DNA of 52,673 nucleotides, filler included, from Squatina squatina (lineage: Eukaryota): NCBI GenBank assembly GCA_031763465.1. It is 3 parts of 3 records of this genome, joined end to end, with 100 filler letters (N's around TTAATTAATTAA, not from the genome) between each part and the next. Parts side by side here need not be neighbours in the genome. Positions count along the whole stretch, not along the records: positions 1 to 16,117 come from JARFOE010000176.1; positions 16,218 to 38,889 come from JARFOE010000005.1; 1 more part is not named here. One strand, 5' to 3'. Position 1 is the stretch's first letter. Every line of letters begins with the position of its first letter. The notes beneath the pieces are model-generated. The model was given only the letters and a program-made list of their open reading frames with translations. It ran no database searches and was not told the DNA's origin. The position numbers and the translations under genes were made by a program. Below, piece by piece: positions 10,360 to 21,635 of this stretch.

Positions 10360-10700
10360 NNNNNNNNNNNNNNNNNNNNNNNNNNNNNNNNNNNNNNNNN
10401 NNNNNNNNNNNNNNNNNNNNNNNNNNNNNNNNNNNNNNNNNNNNNNNNNNNNNNNNNNNTCCCCCTCCTCTGTAGCAAGGGTCCGATCACTTTCTACAGT
10501 GTTACATTTGTAAGGCAGTGGAAAGTCATGAGGTTAAAAGAGCAACTTGGAGTAATGCAACAGCTGGGAGGCTCAATCTTCCTTTCCTGCAAAAAAAAAC
10601 CCTTTATATAAACGGTTCTAAATCCAATTGAAACAGTCCACGCTATTAAAAACACAGGCCCACGGGGTCCCACAGACAGATATCTGTTCCCGGTGCACAT

Positions 10701-11183
10701 TCAGTCTGGCCCGGTAGTCGAGACGGAAGCGTGTATCAGTTCGCCTACAGCTTTTGCCTCATCCTGAGGTGGCGACTCTTCCCCGTTCTGTCCCTTGGAG
10801 GTGGTCTCTGGTGAGATACTGTGTGGCCCCTCCAGCAGCGTGCATCCCGGGTGGTTCTTTTTGAAGTGCTGGTTTAAAATGGCCTGGAACGGGAAGCTCT
10901 TCCCGCACACGTGGCAGTGAAAGGGCTTGTTCCCGGTGTGTTTACGGATGTGATACTCCAGCTGGTCCTTGCGGGTGTACTTTTTCCCGCAGATCCGGCA
11001 CACAAAGGGCGTTATACCCATGTGCAGCCGCATATGGCGGTCCAGGCTCCCCTTCTGGTTAAAGGATTTGCCGCAGTACAGGCACGTCAGCCGAGGGTTG
11101 TAGCGGTACCAGCGCTCGGCCACCTCCTGGTCCCGGAGATATTCTTCATAGCCACTGACGCCGAACAGGGGGGCATCGTCAGT
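10701..11183 (-). CDS. ZBTB37: ZBTB37 last coding exon, three C2H2 zinc fingers
   Basis: Acceptor TGTTCCCTTTCAG, phase 0; 161 codons including TGA. Encodes TDDAPLFGVSGYEEYLRDQEVAERWYRYNPRLTCLYCGKSFNQKGSLDRHMRLH...CRICGKKYTRKDQLEYHIRKH...CHVCGKSFPFQAILNQHFKKNH...SVSTTGPD*, matching the ZBTB37 C-terminus. Confidence 0.95.
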   Translation of the reverse strand, partial: TDDAPLFGVSGYEEYLRDQEVAERWYRYNPRLTCLYCGKSFNQKGSLDRHMRLHMGITPFVCRICGKKYTRKDQLEYHIRKHTGNKPFHCHVCGKSFPFQAILNQHFKKNHPGCTLLEGPHSISPETTSKGQNGEESPPQDEAKAVGELIHASVSTTGPD

Positions 11184-11289
11184 CTGAAAGGGAACACAAC
11201 GTCGAATCAGGGTGGCAAGTGTAAGGAAAGGGTTAATCAGACTGTCCTGAAGTCTGTTAATGTTATATTGCTATTGATTTCTTTGTTTA

Positions 11290-11587
11290 ATATCGGCAGC
11301 ACCTCCCAAACCCACGACCCCTACAGACAAGGGCAGCAGACGCATGTCCTGAAGTTCCCCTCCAAGTTACATGCCATCCTGACTTGGAAGTCTATCGCTG
11401 TTCCTTCGTCGTCGCTGGGTTGAAATCCTGGAACTCCCTCCCGCACTGTGGGAGCTCCTTCACCTTAAAGGACTGCAGCGGTTCAAGAAGGTGGCTCATC
11501 ACCACCTTTTCAAGGGCAACTAGGGATGGGCAATAAATTCTGGTCTTGCCAGTGATGCCCACATCCCAGGAATGAATTTTTAAAAAA
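11290..11587 (+). mobile_element. Non-LTR retrotransposon 3' end
   Basis: TGGAACTCCCTCCC...GTTCAAGAAGGTGGCTCATCACCACCTT...GGGATGGGCAATAAA...CCCACATCCCAGGAATGAAT followed by an A-run; related copies at 41387, 47218 and 48615. Confidence 0.75.
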
Positions 11588-13271
11588 GTAACCTTTAGCT
11601 TTTGCTTGTTAAGTAAGGAAGTAGAAGTCAATTTAGATGCAGTGACCACTGAACTGTTGAATTAAGACTGACCGTGAAGCAATGGTTAGTTTAGTCACCT
11701 CAGTAAACTTAATTAAAAGACATTCCCATGCAAACTGATCCATATATTTCAGAGAACTTGAAGTAATTGATAACAAGTTCTGCAAAAAGAAACATCTATG
11801 AATGCATCATCCTTTTTAGAGGCAGGTGATTGATGTGGAATGGTACAGACTTATAATTAGAAGGTTAACTTGATGCGTAACAAGAGTGAAACTGCTGATA
11901 TGAGTTGTATTGGTCTACAGAAAAATAACTCATTAAAACTAAAGTTACTGATAAGTGTCAAAGCTCATTAAAATTCTCCATTGTATGGAGTTGCATTATG
12001 TAATGCAGAAACATGCGGATTGTCATGTAGGGTGGATAAGAAAAAGGTATTAAAAAGTGGCTGTTGGAATAGATATGTAGAATTCAATAAGGTCTGATCA
12101 GCCTGTATACCAAACTCAAAACTGTGATGGGTTTGAGTCCCCGACTAAACTTGCAAAGTTTTGTTGCAAGTACTGCTTTTAGGTGTATGTTGAAGTACTG
12201 CTTACTTACTGAATCTGTGACACCTGACATTTAATGCTTATGAACCCTATAGATTTGAGGATTAACATACCTATTCTCTCTCATAGTGCCAGTACCTCTC
12301 CCACACCAGNNNNNNNNNNNNNNNNNNNNNNNNNNNNNNNNNNNNNNNNNNNNNNNNNNNNNNNNNNNNNNNNNNNNNNNNNNNNNNNNNNNNNNNNNNN
12401 NNNNNNNNNAACTAATACGCACTGCACTGTAATGGACACCATATTCGGCGACACACCAGACTGGAACCGTCCCTTTAATTAGTGCCATTACCGCCTTAGT
12501 GAGAGATTCACACACGACATAGACTTCAGACGGGTGCAGGGAACTTCCAGTTTGCCTGGGCTAGCCAATTTTGTAAGTTGTTTGCTCACACACTGCAACA
12601 CAAATATTATTACAGTAATAGGGCTACTTAAGTAACAGAACTTATTTGATTACTTGACACAACTAAAATAATACAAAAACACAAGTTTTAACTTTTTAAT
12701 TTTACACACAATATTTTAACTAGGGGTGTATTTATTCCCGAGCTGCGGAGAGCTCATTTGAAGAGGATATGAATGGCACTGTTGTTCTAAGATCACTGGC
12801 GAATGACCATTAGCCTCAGGACGCCTGCGTGTAGGTGTGTGGCAGGGCTCTCCCAGCAACACCTTCCACCTTTGCCCAGTCACCACTTGCCAATTGCTGC
12901 AGGTCTGGTAGAGCCGTATGAAGCTCAAGCTGTCCAGCAATTAAGTGTTGTTAAGGTGACCAGAGTATTAGATCTGGTCNNNNNNNNNNNNNNNNNNNNN
13001 NNNNNNNNNNNNNNNNNNNNNNNNNNNNNNNNNNNNNNNNNNNNNNNNNNNNNNNNNNNNNNNNNNNNNNNNNNNNNNNCTCCATATATCAGCACAGCCC
13101 CTCCCCCGTCCATCGGCGCAGCCCCTCAACCCGTATACCTGCACGGCCGCTTCCCTGCATTTCGGCACAGTCCCTCCCCCTCCCCGTTTATCGGCATAAC
13201 CCCTCTCTCCCGTATACCAGCACAGTGAGGCGGCATTTACGAGGGTCACTGAATCGCCCCACTCTCCGTAC

Positions 13272-14223
13272 CTGTCCATCTCGCTGAAGCTGCTCCAGGG
13301 TCTTGAGATCTTGCCGCTCGAGGCAGTGGTGGGGAAGGCGTCCTGGACCAGGGTGCTGTGCCCGGCGCTGTCGATCACCATGGCTGTCACCTCCTCGGCG
13401 CTGCTGCCGCCATCCTCCCCAGACGGCTGGTTCTCTGACACCATCCACTCGTCCGGCGTTTCCGTTTTGATCCGCATGCCGCTGATGTGCCGGACGGCCT
13501 CCGGACTGCGGTCGCCACTGACTCCCGTCTCCACGTACCACTGGCCCACCCGATCGAGACGCACCAGCCGCTCGGCATCGACACCACCCACGCCCCCCAG
13601 CTCGTCGGGCAACGGGCTGCCACGCGCGCCGCCCCCTCCGAAGCCCAGGGGCTCCCGGCTGCGCCAAGGATTGGGGGGNNNNNNNNNNNNNNNNNNNNNN
13701 NNNNNNNNNNNNNNNNNNNNNNNNNNNNNNNNNNNNNNNNNNNNNNNNNNNNNNNNNNNNNNNNNNNNNNNNNNNNNNACTGGGCTGGCCGCTTCAGCCC
13801 ATCCTGGCTCAGCCCTGCCTCTACCTCAGAGACATCGATGCGGAAGTGAATGCCGTCCAGGATCTGCGTGCACTTGTCGATGATGTACTGCATCTGGAGA
13901 AAGCTGGCGGCCGTCAGGTAGCTGATGATGTCGGCCACCTGCAGGCACAGCTTGCCCGTGTAGCAGAAGGCCAGCAGCCGCTCGAACACCGCGGGGCTCT
14001 TGATGACGGAGATGGACACGGCCCTCATCTCGCTCAGCGACATGTGGTCGCGGAAATAGGGCGAGCTGGCGGCCAGTACCGCCTTGTGGGCACGGAAGGA
14101 CTTCCCCTGGATGTCAACCACGATGTCGCAGAGCCGGCCTTGCATCCGTAGCTGGTTGAGCTGGGCCAACACGGAGCTACTGAAATCCGGCACCTCCAGC
14201 TGGATGCTGCCCTCCTTCTCCAT
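13272..14223 (-). CDS. ZBTB37: ZBTB37 first coding exon: BTB/POZ domain and linker (100-N gap at 13679-13778 inside)
   Basis: ATG at 14223 (GAGCCATGG), upstream acceptor TTCTCCCCTTGTAG (exon starts 14248). Encodes MEKEGSIQLEVPDFSSSVLAQLNQLRMQGRLCDIVVDIQGKSFRAHKAVLAASSPYFRDHMSL... After the gap it reads ...IKTETPDEWM...EDGGSSAEEVTAMVID...FSEMD(R), ending at donor AG|GTACGG. Confidence 0.93.
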
Positions 14224-14429
14224 GGCTCTCGGTACAGCTCACACGGTTCTACAAGGGGAGAACAAGCACAGCATTATGAAACGAGAACGGCATTCCCTTA
14301 CCCTCCTTCATACCAGCACGGCCAAATGCTGTTCCGCAGTGGAAGAAACATATTCGGCTCATCGAGTCTAACCTCACTAGTGAATAGGATATTCAAGCTG
14401 CTGTACAGAGTCATAGAGTGCCTGATTAT

Positions 14430-14694
14430 AGAGAAAGAGACTCACTGAAAGGGTAGCGACAGAGGGAGAGACTCACTGAGGGATCGATCAGGGACAGAGG
14501 GAGAAACTCACTGAGGGATTGAGGACAGTAGGAGAGACTCACAGAGATCAGGGATGGAGGGAGAGAGTCACTGAGGGACTGATCAAGGACAGAGGGAGAG
14601 ACTCACGGAGGGATCGATCGGGGACAGAGAGAGAAACTCACTGAGGGATTGAGGACAGAGGGAGAGGCTCACTGATGGATCGATTCGGGACAGA
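14430..14694. repeat. Degenerate purine-rich minisatellite (about 30-38 bp unit)
   Basis: Repeated GGACAGAGGGAGAGACTCACTGAGGGAT(CGATC) units run into a gap. Confidence 0.85.
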
Positions 14695-14794
14695 NNNNNN
14701 NNNNNNNNNNNNNNNNNNNNNNNNNNNNNNNNNNNNNNNNNNNNNNNNNNNNNNNNNNNNNNNNNNNNNNNNNNNNNNNNNNNNNNNNNNNNNN

Positions 14795-14972
14795 TCAGTA
14801 CCCTATCCATGTCACTCCTCAGTGTCACTCCCAGTACCCTATCCATGTCACTCCTCAGTGTCACTCTCTCAGGCCAGGGGAAGCCTCAGTAGAGAGGGCC
14901 TCAGGCTTCCCATGAAGACCGCAGTAGGGGAAGCCCTCAGGCCAGGAGAGGCCTCAGTAGAGGGGGCCTGAG
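14795..14972. repeat. Short tandem repeats
   Basis: CAGTACCCTATCCATGTCACTCCTCAGTGTCACTC occurs twice (14796, 14832), followed by GGGGAAGCC(C)TCAG and GCCTCAGTAGAG repeats. Confidence 0.75.
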
Positions 14973-15098
14973 GCTTTCCCAAGCCGTGGGCCGGAGTAGT
15001 TGACAGTTGGAGAGAAATGTCACCGAGTTGATTAACAAATGTAAATAAACAGCACCAAGGACACCAGCTGCAATTCAAAGTTTTTTCTTTTTAAACAA

Positions 15099-15104
15099 TT
15101 TATT
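15099..15104 (-). terminator. Candidate polyadenylation signal of an unidentified minus-strand gene
   Basis: AATAAA on the minus strand ends a roughly 600-nt AT-rich UTR-like tract and is followed by a GU/U-rich element (GGTGTCCTTGGTGCTGTTTATTT). Confidence 0.4.
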
Positions 15105-16117
15105 GAAGTCCTTGTGAACTTCTTTTGTTGCACGAACTGCATTCGCTTTCTGACAAGCAGAACAATCTCATGTACAGTTTGTTTTCTTCCATTTCCCCTC
15201 CCCAGTCTGAAGCTGAATATTATTGTACTATACAAAGGCAAAAAACAATGTTCACACAGTGAATTCTTTACAAAGGAAAAAAAGCTACATTCCACATTGG
15301 AGAAAGATATTCTAAAACATTCCATACTGGAGTATATCAAACAAAATTTTCAGGAAATTTTTTTTTTTACCTTAATTTAAGAAAACTAAACAAGCTGATG
15401 TGTGAGAAAGGCAATGTTCTCACTGCGAGGATCGGTATCAGGTGGTATGGTGGGTCGTTTCCTCCTGTGACACAGTTGGAGCCTTATAGCGACCGTTGGT
15501 ACACTCTCTTTATAGGGCCCCTTGGCAAAACCAAACACTACTGGGCAATTGAAAAGTGTCCACATGCTCATTGTCCAAATTGCATATTCTGCAGGTTTCT
15601 ATGATGCTTTTGTAAGTAAATGCATTCACAGTACAGGACGGAGCTCTGTCGACAAGGAACGTTCCAGTTTTAATCCATGGTCTTAAGTATTTGATCTCAA
15701 CTAGGGCAATGATATGTCTTCTTCATCNNNNNNNNNNGTGTGTAATGAGACGGATGATGGGGGCTGTGTTTGTGTGCGGGTCATTATAAGCAGTGAAGTG
15801 GGCCCAACCATCCAGAAGGCGCCATGGCTGCTTGGGTCCATATCCTGCGCTTCCAGGCACCCCTGTGGTGTGTAAACAGGTGCACATTTCTACCACAATG
15901 CTCGGAATCATGTAGTCGGGATCTCAAACTGGGACCTCTTGAGCACATGGTGCCCACTGACAGAGACAGGCCGACCAGCAGGTGATGCCCACAGCTTACG
16001 GGAGTGGTATCGGGTGGGAAATCAAATTCATTGAGAGCCTACGCTCCAATCCGGGGCTATTATGCATTCCCCAATCCCAATACCTGCCTGGTTCAAAGGA
16101 AGGTTCAGGGTCAAATT

Positions 16118-16217
16118 NNNNNNNNNNNNNNNNNNNNNNNNNNNNNNNNNNNNNNNNNNNNTTAATTAATTAANNNNNNNNNNNNNNNNNNNNNNNNNNN
16201 NNNNNNNNNNNNNNNNN
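16118..16217. other. Artificial scaffold linker
   Basis: 44 N + TTAATTAATTAA (16162-16173, stops in all six frames) + 44 N, exactly 100 nt. Confidence 0.97.
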
Positions 16218-17594
16218 GCTGACAAACATGCCCCTTTAAATAGCGCCATCATGAACAACATGGAGGTGCTCTGCGCTTGAAAAAAATGGGCGCGGGCAGC
16301 GCCTCCTCTTTGCGATGGTGGCATGGGGGAATTACGGAGCTTCAGTCCAGATTCGGCAGCATGCAGGCTGATGACGTCATCGAGGCCTGCCACCGCCATA
16401 CACCACGCCACTGGCACCCAGCAGCCGGTACCCATTTGACGCCAGCATCAACCTGAGATGAATTCATGAACTTTCACCCAGGACGCCACCAGGGCACTAA
16501 CGCCCATTTTACGCCTGCTCCACGCTGGCGCAGACACTCCAATTGAGGCCCCTTTATCTTCACACATGTATGTGGTCCAAAGGTTTTGATCATGTACAAT
16601 GTTACTCGTAAAATAACCCTGCAGACCCCTCAAGTGTGAATAGCTTATATAGTTATTCTTGTGACAATGAATGGCAGAAGGTGGTGAAAAGTGAGGGCAA
16701 AGCAATGAGTAACAGTCTAACTTCCTCTGTCCATTAGGCATAGTTAAAGATAGTCAATGCCTTTTCTTATTGCTGCATCCAGTGTACAGAAGAAATCTCT
16801 CCCTCCATATTAATAATTACTTCCCGCATTGACAAAATGGATCATTAATCGACTATTTCAAATGGAATTCCTATCCCAAAATAATCCTAATCACATTTTA
16901 AAGGGTCAGTTTTGGGATCCAGCACTGCCAGCAGGGAGTGTACCTTGAGAATACAGTCTGTCATTTTAACAGATGAAAAATCAAAGGCTGTGCACACACA
17001 ATTTCTCATCCCACAGGATGCACCAGGTCACAAAATCACTGCTTAATTCCACCATTTTTATTACTTACCATGCACTTCAGTTCAAAACATCATACCTTCA
17101 CTTTTAACTAATATACGCAGTTCAGATAATTATTCAATACTACTTCAATATTCTGAAATTTATGCTTTTACCAGAAGAAGAGGTTAAAAAAATCAATGGC
17201 CCAGGGGAGTCTTTTAAGAACATTTATCTGATTATGGCCCATTAGGCACAAAATATTGCTGATTTGGTACAGATAATTTCATCTTCTACTTTACTTTCAA
17301 CTGAAGGACATTTCCTGGTTTGTGAAAGGAAAGGAGCAAGCATCAAAGCTTTTTTTGAATTTGGATCACTCGGAATTCAACAAAATTTCCAAAATGATTT
17401 CATCTGTTTTTCACTTCTCACTCTAATGTAGATACATACATAGCAGAACACTTGAAGGATTGAGACTATCCTGCACCTGCATTGGAAGTCTTGTCAAAAT
17501 TCTGCCTCCATTTCTATCGTTGGAAGAAACTCCCAGAATCTTTTTCTCCCAGATCTCTGCCAATGCCAGTCTTGTGCTAGCCACTATGTAAGGC

Positions 17595-17750
17595 AATCTT
17601 ATGGATGCGCTGCGATGGGTGGGCCACATCATCCGCACGCCTGATACAAGACTCCCGGAACAAGCACTCTATCCCGAGCTTCATCACGGTAAGCGACTAC
17701 CAGGAGGGCAGAGGAGGCGCTTCAAGGACGTCCTCAAAGCCTCTCTGAAC
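17595..17750 (+). mobile_element. RTE-clade LINE ORF C-terminal fragment
   Basis: LRWVGHIIRTPDTRLPEQALYPELHHGKRLPGGQRRRFKDVLKASL, the RTE-type LRWxGHxxR...RLP...GxR motif. Confidence 0.85.
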
Positions 17751-19849
17751 CTGGTTTCCTGCAAACTCAAGGTGATCAAGCTTGGCCTTCATAGGTGTTG
17801 GACTTCCGACTGTCCCGTGAGCNNNNNNNNNNNNNNNNNNNNNNNNNNNNNNNNNNNNNNNNNNNNNNNNNNNNNNNNNNNNNNNNNNNNNNNNNNNNNN
17901 NNNNNNNNNNNNNNNNNNNNNNATTTTGGCCATTGCGCGCAATAATGATGTCACAGCGCCACGTTTATATTCATGCCAGCAATTCCAGCATTGTGGGCTT
18001 TGCACCCGTTTAGTACCGGTGCTAACGGGACCCGAATTGTGCGCCCGATTTTTAGCACTAAAAGTGGCCTAAAGCCAGTTTCGCGCCGATTTGACGCCAG
18101 AAGTTTGACCATGAATTGGCCGCCCCATATACCTAGGCCCAACTAGTGATCAGAGTGCATCCCGAGGGAGAAAGAGCAAGTGCGCATATTGCAGTCGGCA
18201 AAACCAAACACCTACTGAAGGAGATCTGCTTAATCAAGGAATGAAGCTTGTGAAAGGTGTTGGTGTGCTCCACAGTTTATATTGTGCATATAGTTTACAT
18301 TCTGGAGGTAGTTAACTTATTTAAATTGCCTTGGGTGATAAAGCTTTTATTACTGGCAGTTGGGATCTTTGTCTGTAACCATATGGTTGTTAATCACAAT
18401 CTACTGCAGCCCATGCAGTGCTGCACTCTTTAATATCGAACACAAACATGCGATAAAATGTGTCTTGTAAGCTTGTTTATAATCTCCATTGTGTCATACA
18501 TTGGCACTAATGTCTTGAAAACTACTTTGGCTACTCAACAAAGTCATATTTATCAAGACCTGTATGAATTTTAAAGTGGTTGTTTAGCTCACATTAACAT
18601 TATAGAGAAGTTCCTGACACAAGGGAGTAATCTGTCTTTTCATTACCCTAAACATTTATTACACTTCTACTTGGCACCATCCAGCACCTTCAATCCTCTG
18701 ACTGCAGCTGAAATGAAAANNNNNNNNNNNNNNNNNNNNNNNNNNNNNNNNNNNNNNNNNNNNNNNNNNNNNNNNNNNNNNNNNNNNNNNNNNNNNNNNN
18801 NNNNNNNNNNNNNNNNNNNTAGTGCTATTTTGCAGTGGAGCGGAGGAATGAATAAAACTATAAAGCCACTTTGTGCTGTGCACTTAAGAGTGAATAGGAA
18901 TTCATTTTCTACACATTTATCAACATAAATGTATTTATTCCATCAATTAAATCAGCACACAAATATTTGTTTAGACTTCAAACTATTTAAAGGGTTGAAC
19001 TCCATTGCATCCTCTCCTGGGGCATGCGGGGAGTATGCATCGGGAAAATCACAGGCTGGGAGCGTGCATTTTCCCAATTTATGCTCCCGACCTGTGTCAG
19101 GAACAGGCGATGTAGAATTTTGACCGCTAACTCAAAGCAGCCATGAGTGTATGTGTATCATATTCAGTTAATTATAATGGTTTTATAGGCTGTAGTCCCC
19201 TGTAATGATTGCTGCTATCAATCACTTTGTTTATGATGTTAATGAAGGAGTCCATGTAAACAGTCTCTGATAAACTGCTTCTAACGTACTGAAGAGGTCT
19301 TGAGATCCAAATCACAGTGATTGATGAATCTGGAGCAATATTGATGGTTGTTTCATAATTACAATATTCTGCAGATTATTGAATACCTTACTTTCTACAT
19401 CAATATCTGTGCTACTGTGTTAAATATAAATACACCAAGAATGTTATTGATTTTATCCAGCTTGTACATTAAATATTATCATTTATAATGATAGGGAAAG
19501 TTAATTACATTCTATTGATTTATGGCCATTTGATTCCAGATAAGGCTCAATTAATTAGCTGTGTGAAAGCTTGGATAACGGTATGTGTCTTTGCAGAATC
19601 CACATAGTAATTCAGTACATAATTTATCAAGCAAGCTGGACTCATGCAGACTACAGTAATGCTTGTTTCTGAACTGATAATGTAAAGATTGTCCACTCTG
19701 AATTATCTCACAATACCCTGTTCACCATTCCTGTTGGTAGCATAAAGGCGAAGCTCAATAATTTCAGGGAGGAAGTGTTAGAAGGTTCTGTTGATATGGT
19801 GAGATGAAGTAGGGCGGGATAAGGCTCATCTGCAGGATAAACATCACCC

Positions 19850-20354
19850 TTTCAGCATTCGGAAGGGACTGCTCCCTCCACGACACCCTGGTCCACACCT
19901 CCGTCACCCCTAGCACCCTCTCTCCTTCCCACAGCACCTTCCCATGCAAGTGCAGGAGATGCAACACCTTTTACGTCCTCCCTTCCCACTGTCCAGGGCA
20001 CCAGACACTCCTTCCTGGTGAAACAGTGATTAACTTGTACTTCTTTCAATTTATTATACTGTATTCGCTGCTCACGATGTGGTCTCCTGTACATTAGGGA
20101 GACCAAATGCAGATTGGGTGACCGCTTTGCAGAACACCTCCGTCAGTCCGTAAGTGTGATCCCGAGCTTCCGGTCCCCTGTCACTTTAGTTCTCTGCTTC
20201 ATTTCCACTCTGATCTCTCTGTCCTTGACCTCTTACACTGTTCGAATGAAGCTCAATGCAAGCTCGAGGAACAGCAACTCATCTTTCGATTAGGCACTTT
20301 ACAGCCTTCTGGACTCAACATTGAGTTCAACAATTTCAAACCATAACCTCTGCC
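19850..20354 (+). mobile_element. Penelope-like element, degenerate GIY-YIG endonuclease region
   Basis: LTCTSFNLLYCIRCSRCGLLYIRETKCRLGDRFAEHL at about 20030-20140 (YIGET changed to YIRET); ends near GGACTCAACATTGAGTTCAACAATTTC. Confidence 0.85.
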
Positions 20355-20926
20355 NNNNNNNNNNNNNNNNNNNNNNNNNNNNNNNNNNNNNNNNNNNNNN
20401 NNNNNNNNNNNNNNNNNNNNNNNNNNNNNNNNNNNNNNNNNNNNNNNNNNNNNNATGGAGCCCATCATAGAAGCAAAGTAATGCCCTTTCATCTCTCTGT
20501 CTCTTTCTCTCTTTCTCACTTCTCCCTTTGTCTGATATACTGTTGCTCATGTTCCATTTGAGATCCATATTGGATAATAATTAGGCAGAAATCAATGCAA
20601 ACATCTGATGGATCACACTCGTGGCCATTTCAGCATGGAGTGATGAGAGAAACAGTGCCACATAAATATCCATCATAAACAGATACTTCATTTTACTGGC
20701 TTAAGGCATCCATTCATGCTTCAATTCAGTTTGGAGAATTAAAAAAAAACACTAAATCATTGCTAACAGACCTATTAACTATAGGTTTCACTATATTTCT
20801 CACAAGACTTCTCAATAAATATTCCCAGCTTAATTTTCAATAGCATTCCCACAATGCCTTCCGCTAAAAACAGTGGATTCCTCTAAATCCAATAAATGAA
20901 TATTGTGTATCACAATCTAAACACAC

Positions 20927-21635
20927 AGGGGGCAAAATTCAACTGGGCCGGTATCGGGTAGGAGCCAGCATTTTTCTGGCCGGCTCCCAAAACGTTCGCC
21001 CGCCACAGAATTTGCATTTTCGTGGCGGGAGCGAGGCGCAGCGATGTCTGCCTCGCTCCTGGGGCGGAACAGGGGCGGCCGGCCGGGGAGGTTGCCACGC
21101 TAGCGATGTTAGAGAACCATGCATGCGCCGCAGTGCGCTGACGTCATACGCAGCGCTCGGCCTCCCTTAACTGGGAGGGCCACTGGCCATCCTGACGGGT
21201 GGCCACCAGCCTGGCGCAGCAGTCGGCATGCCAGGTGAGGGCATGGTGTACCGGCCCAGACACGGGCCGCCATCGGTCGGCCGACCACAGAGTTGGCCGA
21301 CAAATAAAGATCGCGGTGGCCGGTGCTCCAGCCCTCCACTTTAAGAGCGTCGTTGCAGCGACAGGTTCTTCTGCGGCCATGTCCCATCGGGGACGCAAAT
21401 GGGCCGCAAAGGGTGGGGGGGATGCGACTGCGCGGTGACGGGTCGGTGAGGGTCGGCGCGCGCGTCTTTATGATGTCGTGCGCTGACCCACCGCAGAATT
21501 CCCCGGGTGAGGCGCGAAGGCCTTTGTGCCCTGGGGGAATTTCCTGGGAGGTAAGATGGCCACCTCCCGGCACCATTTTCTGCTTTTTTACCCCGTTAGC
21601 GTCCCTCGGAGACGCTAATGGGGCGAAAACGTGGG
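20927..21635. mobile_element. GC/CpG-rich non-autonomous DNA transposon-like element (possibly PIF/Harbinger type)
   Basis: Abrupt AT-to-GC transition at GGGGGCAAAATTC; no coherent ORF. Similar GC islands with GGG...AATT termini lie at about 16218-16553, 17923-18126, 34101, 37203 and 51646. Confidence 0.5.

Noticed and set aside
13679-13778. Apparent frameshift in ZBTB37 suggesting a pseudogene
   Set aside because: The frame changes across an arbitrary 100-N gap. A true gap length of 3n+2 restores it, and both sides are intact.
16162-16173. TTAATTAATTAA as a biological palindrome or homeobox site
   Set aside because: It is centred exactly in Ns and repeated identically at 38934; an assembly linker.
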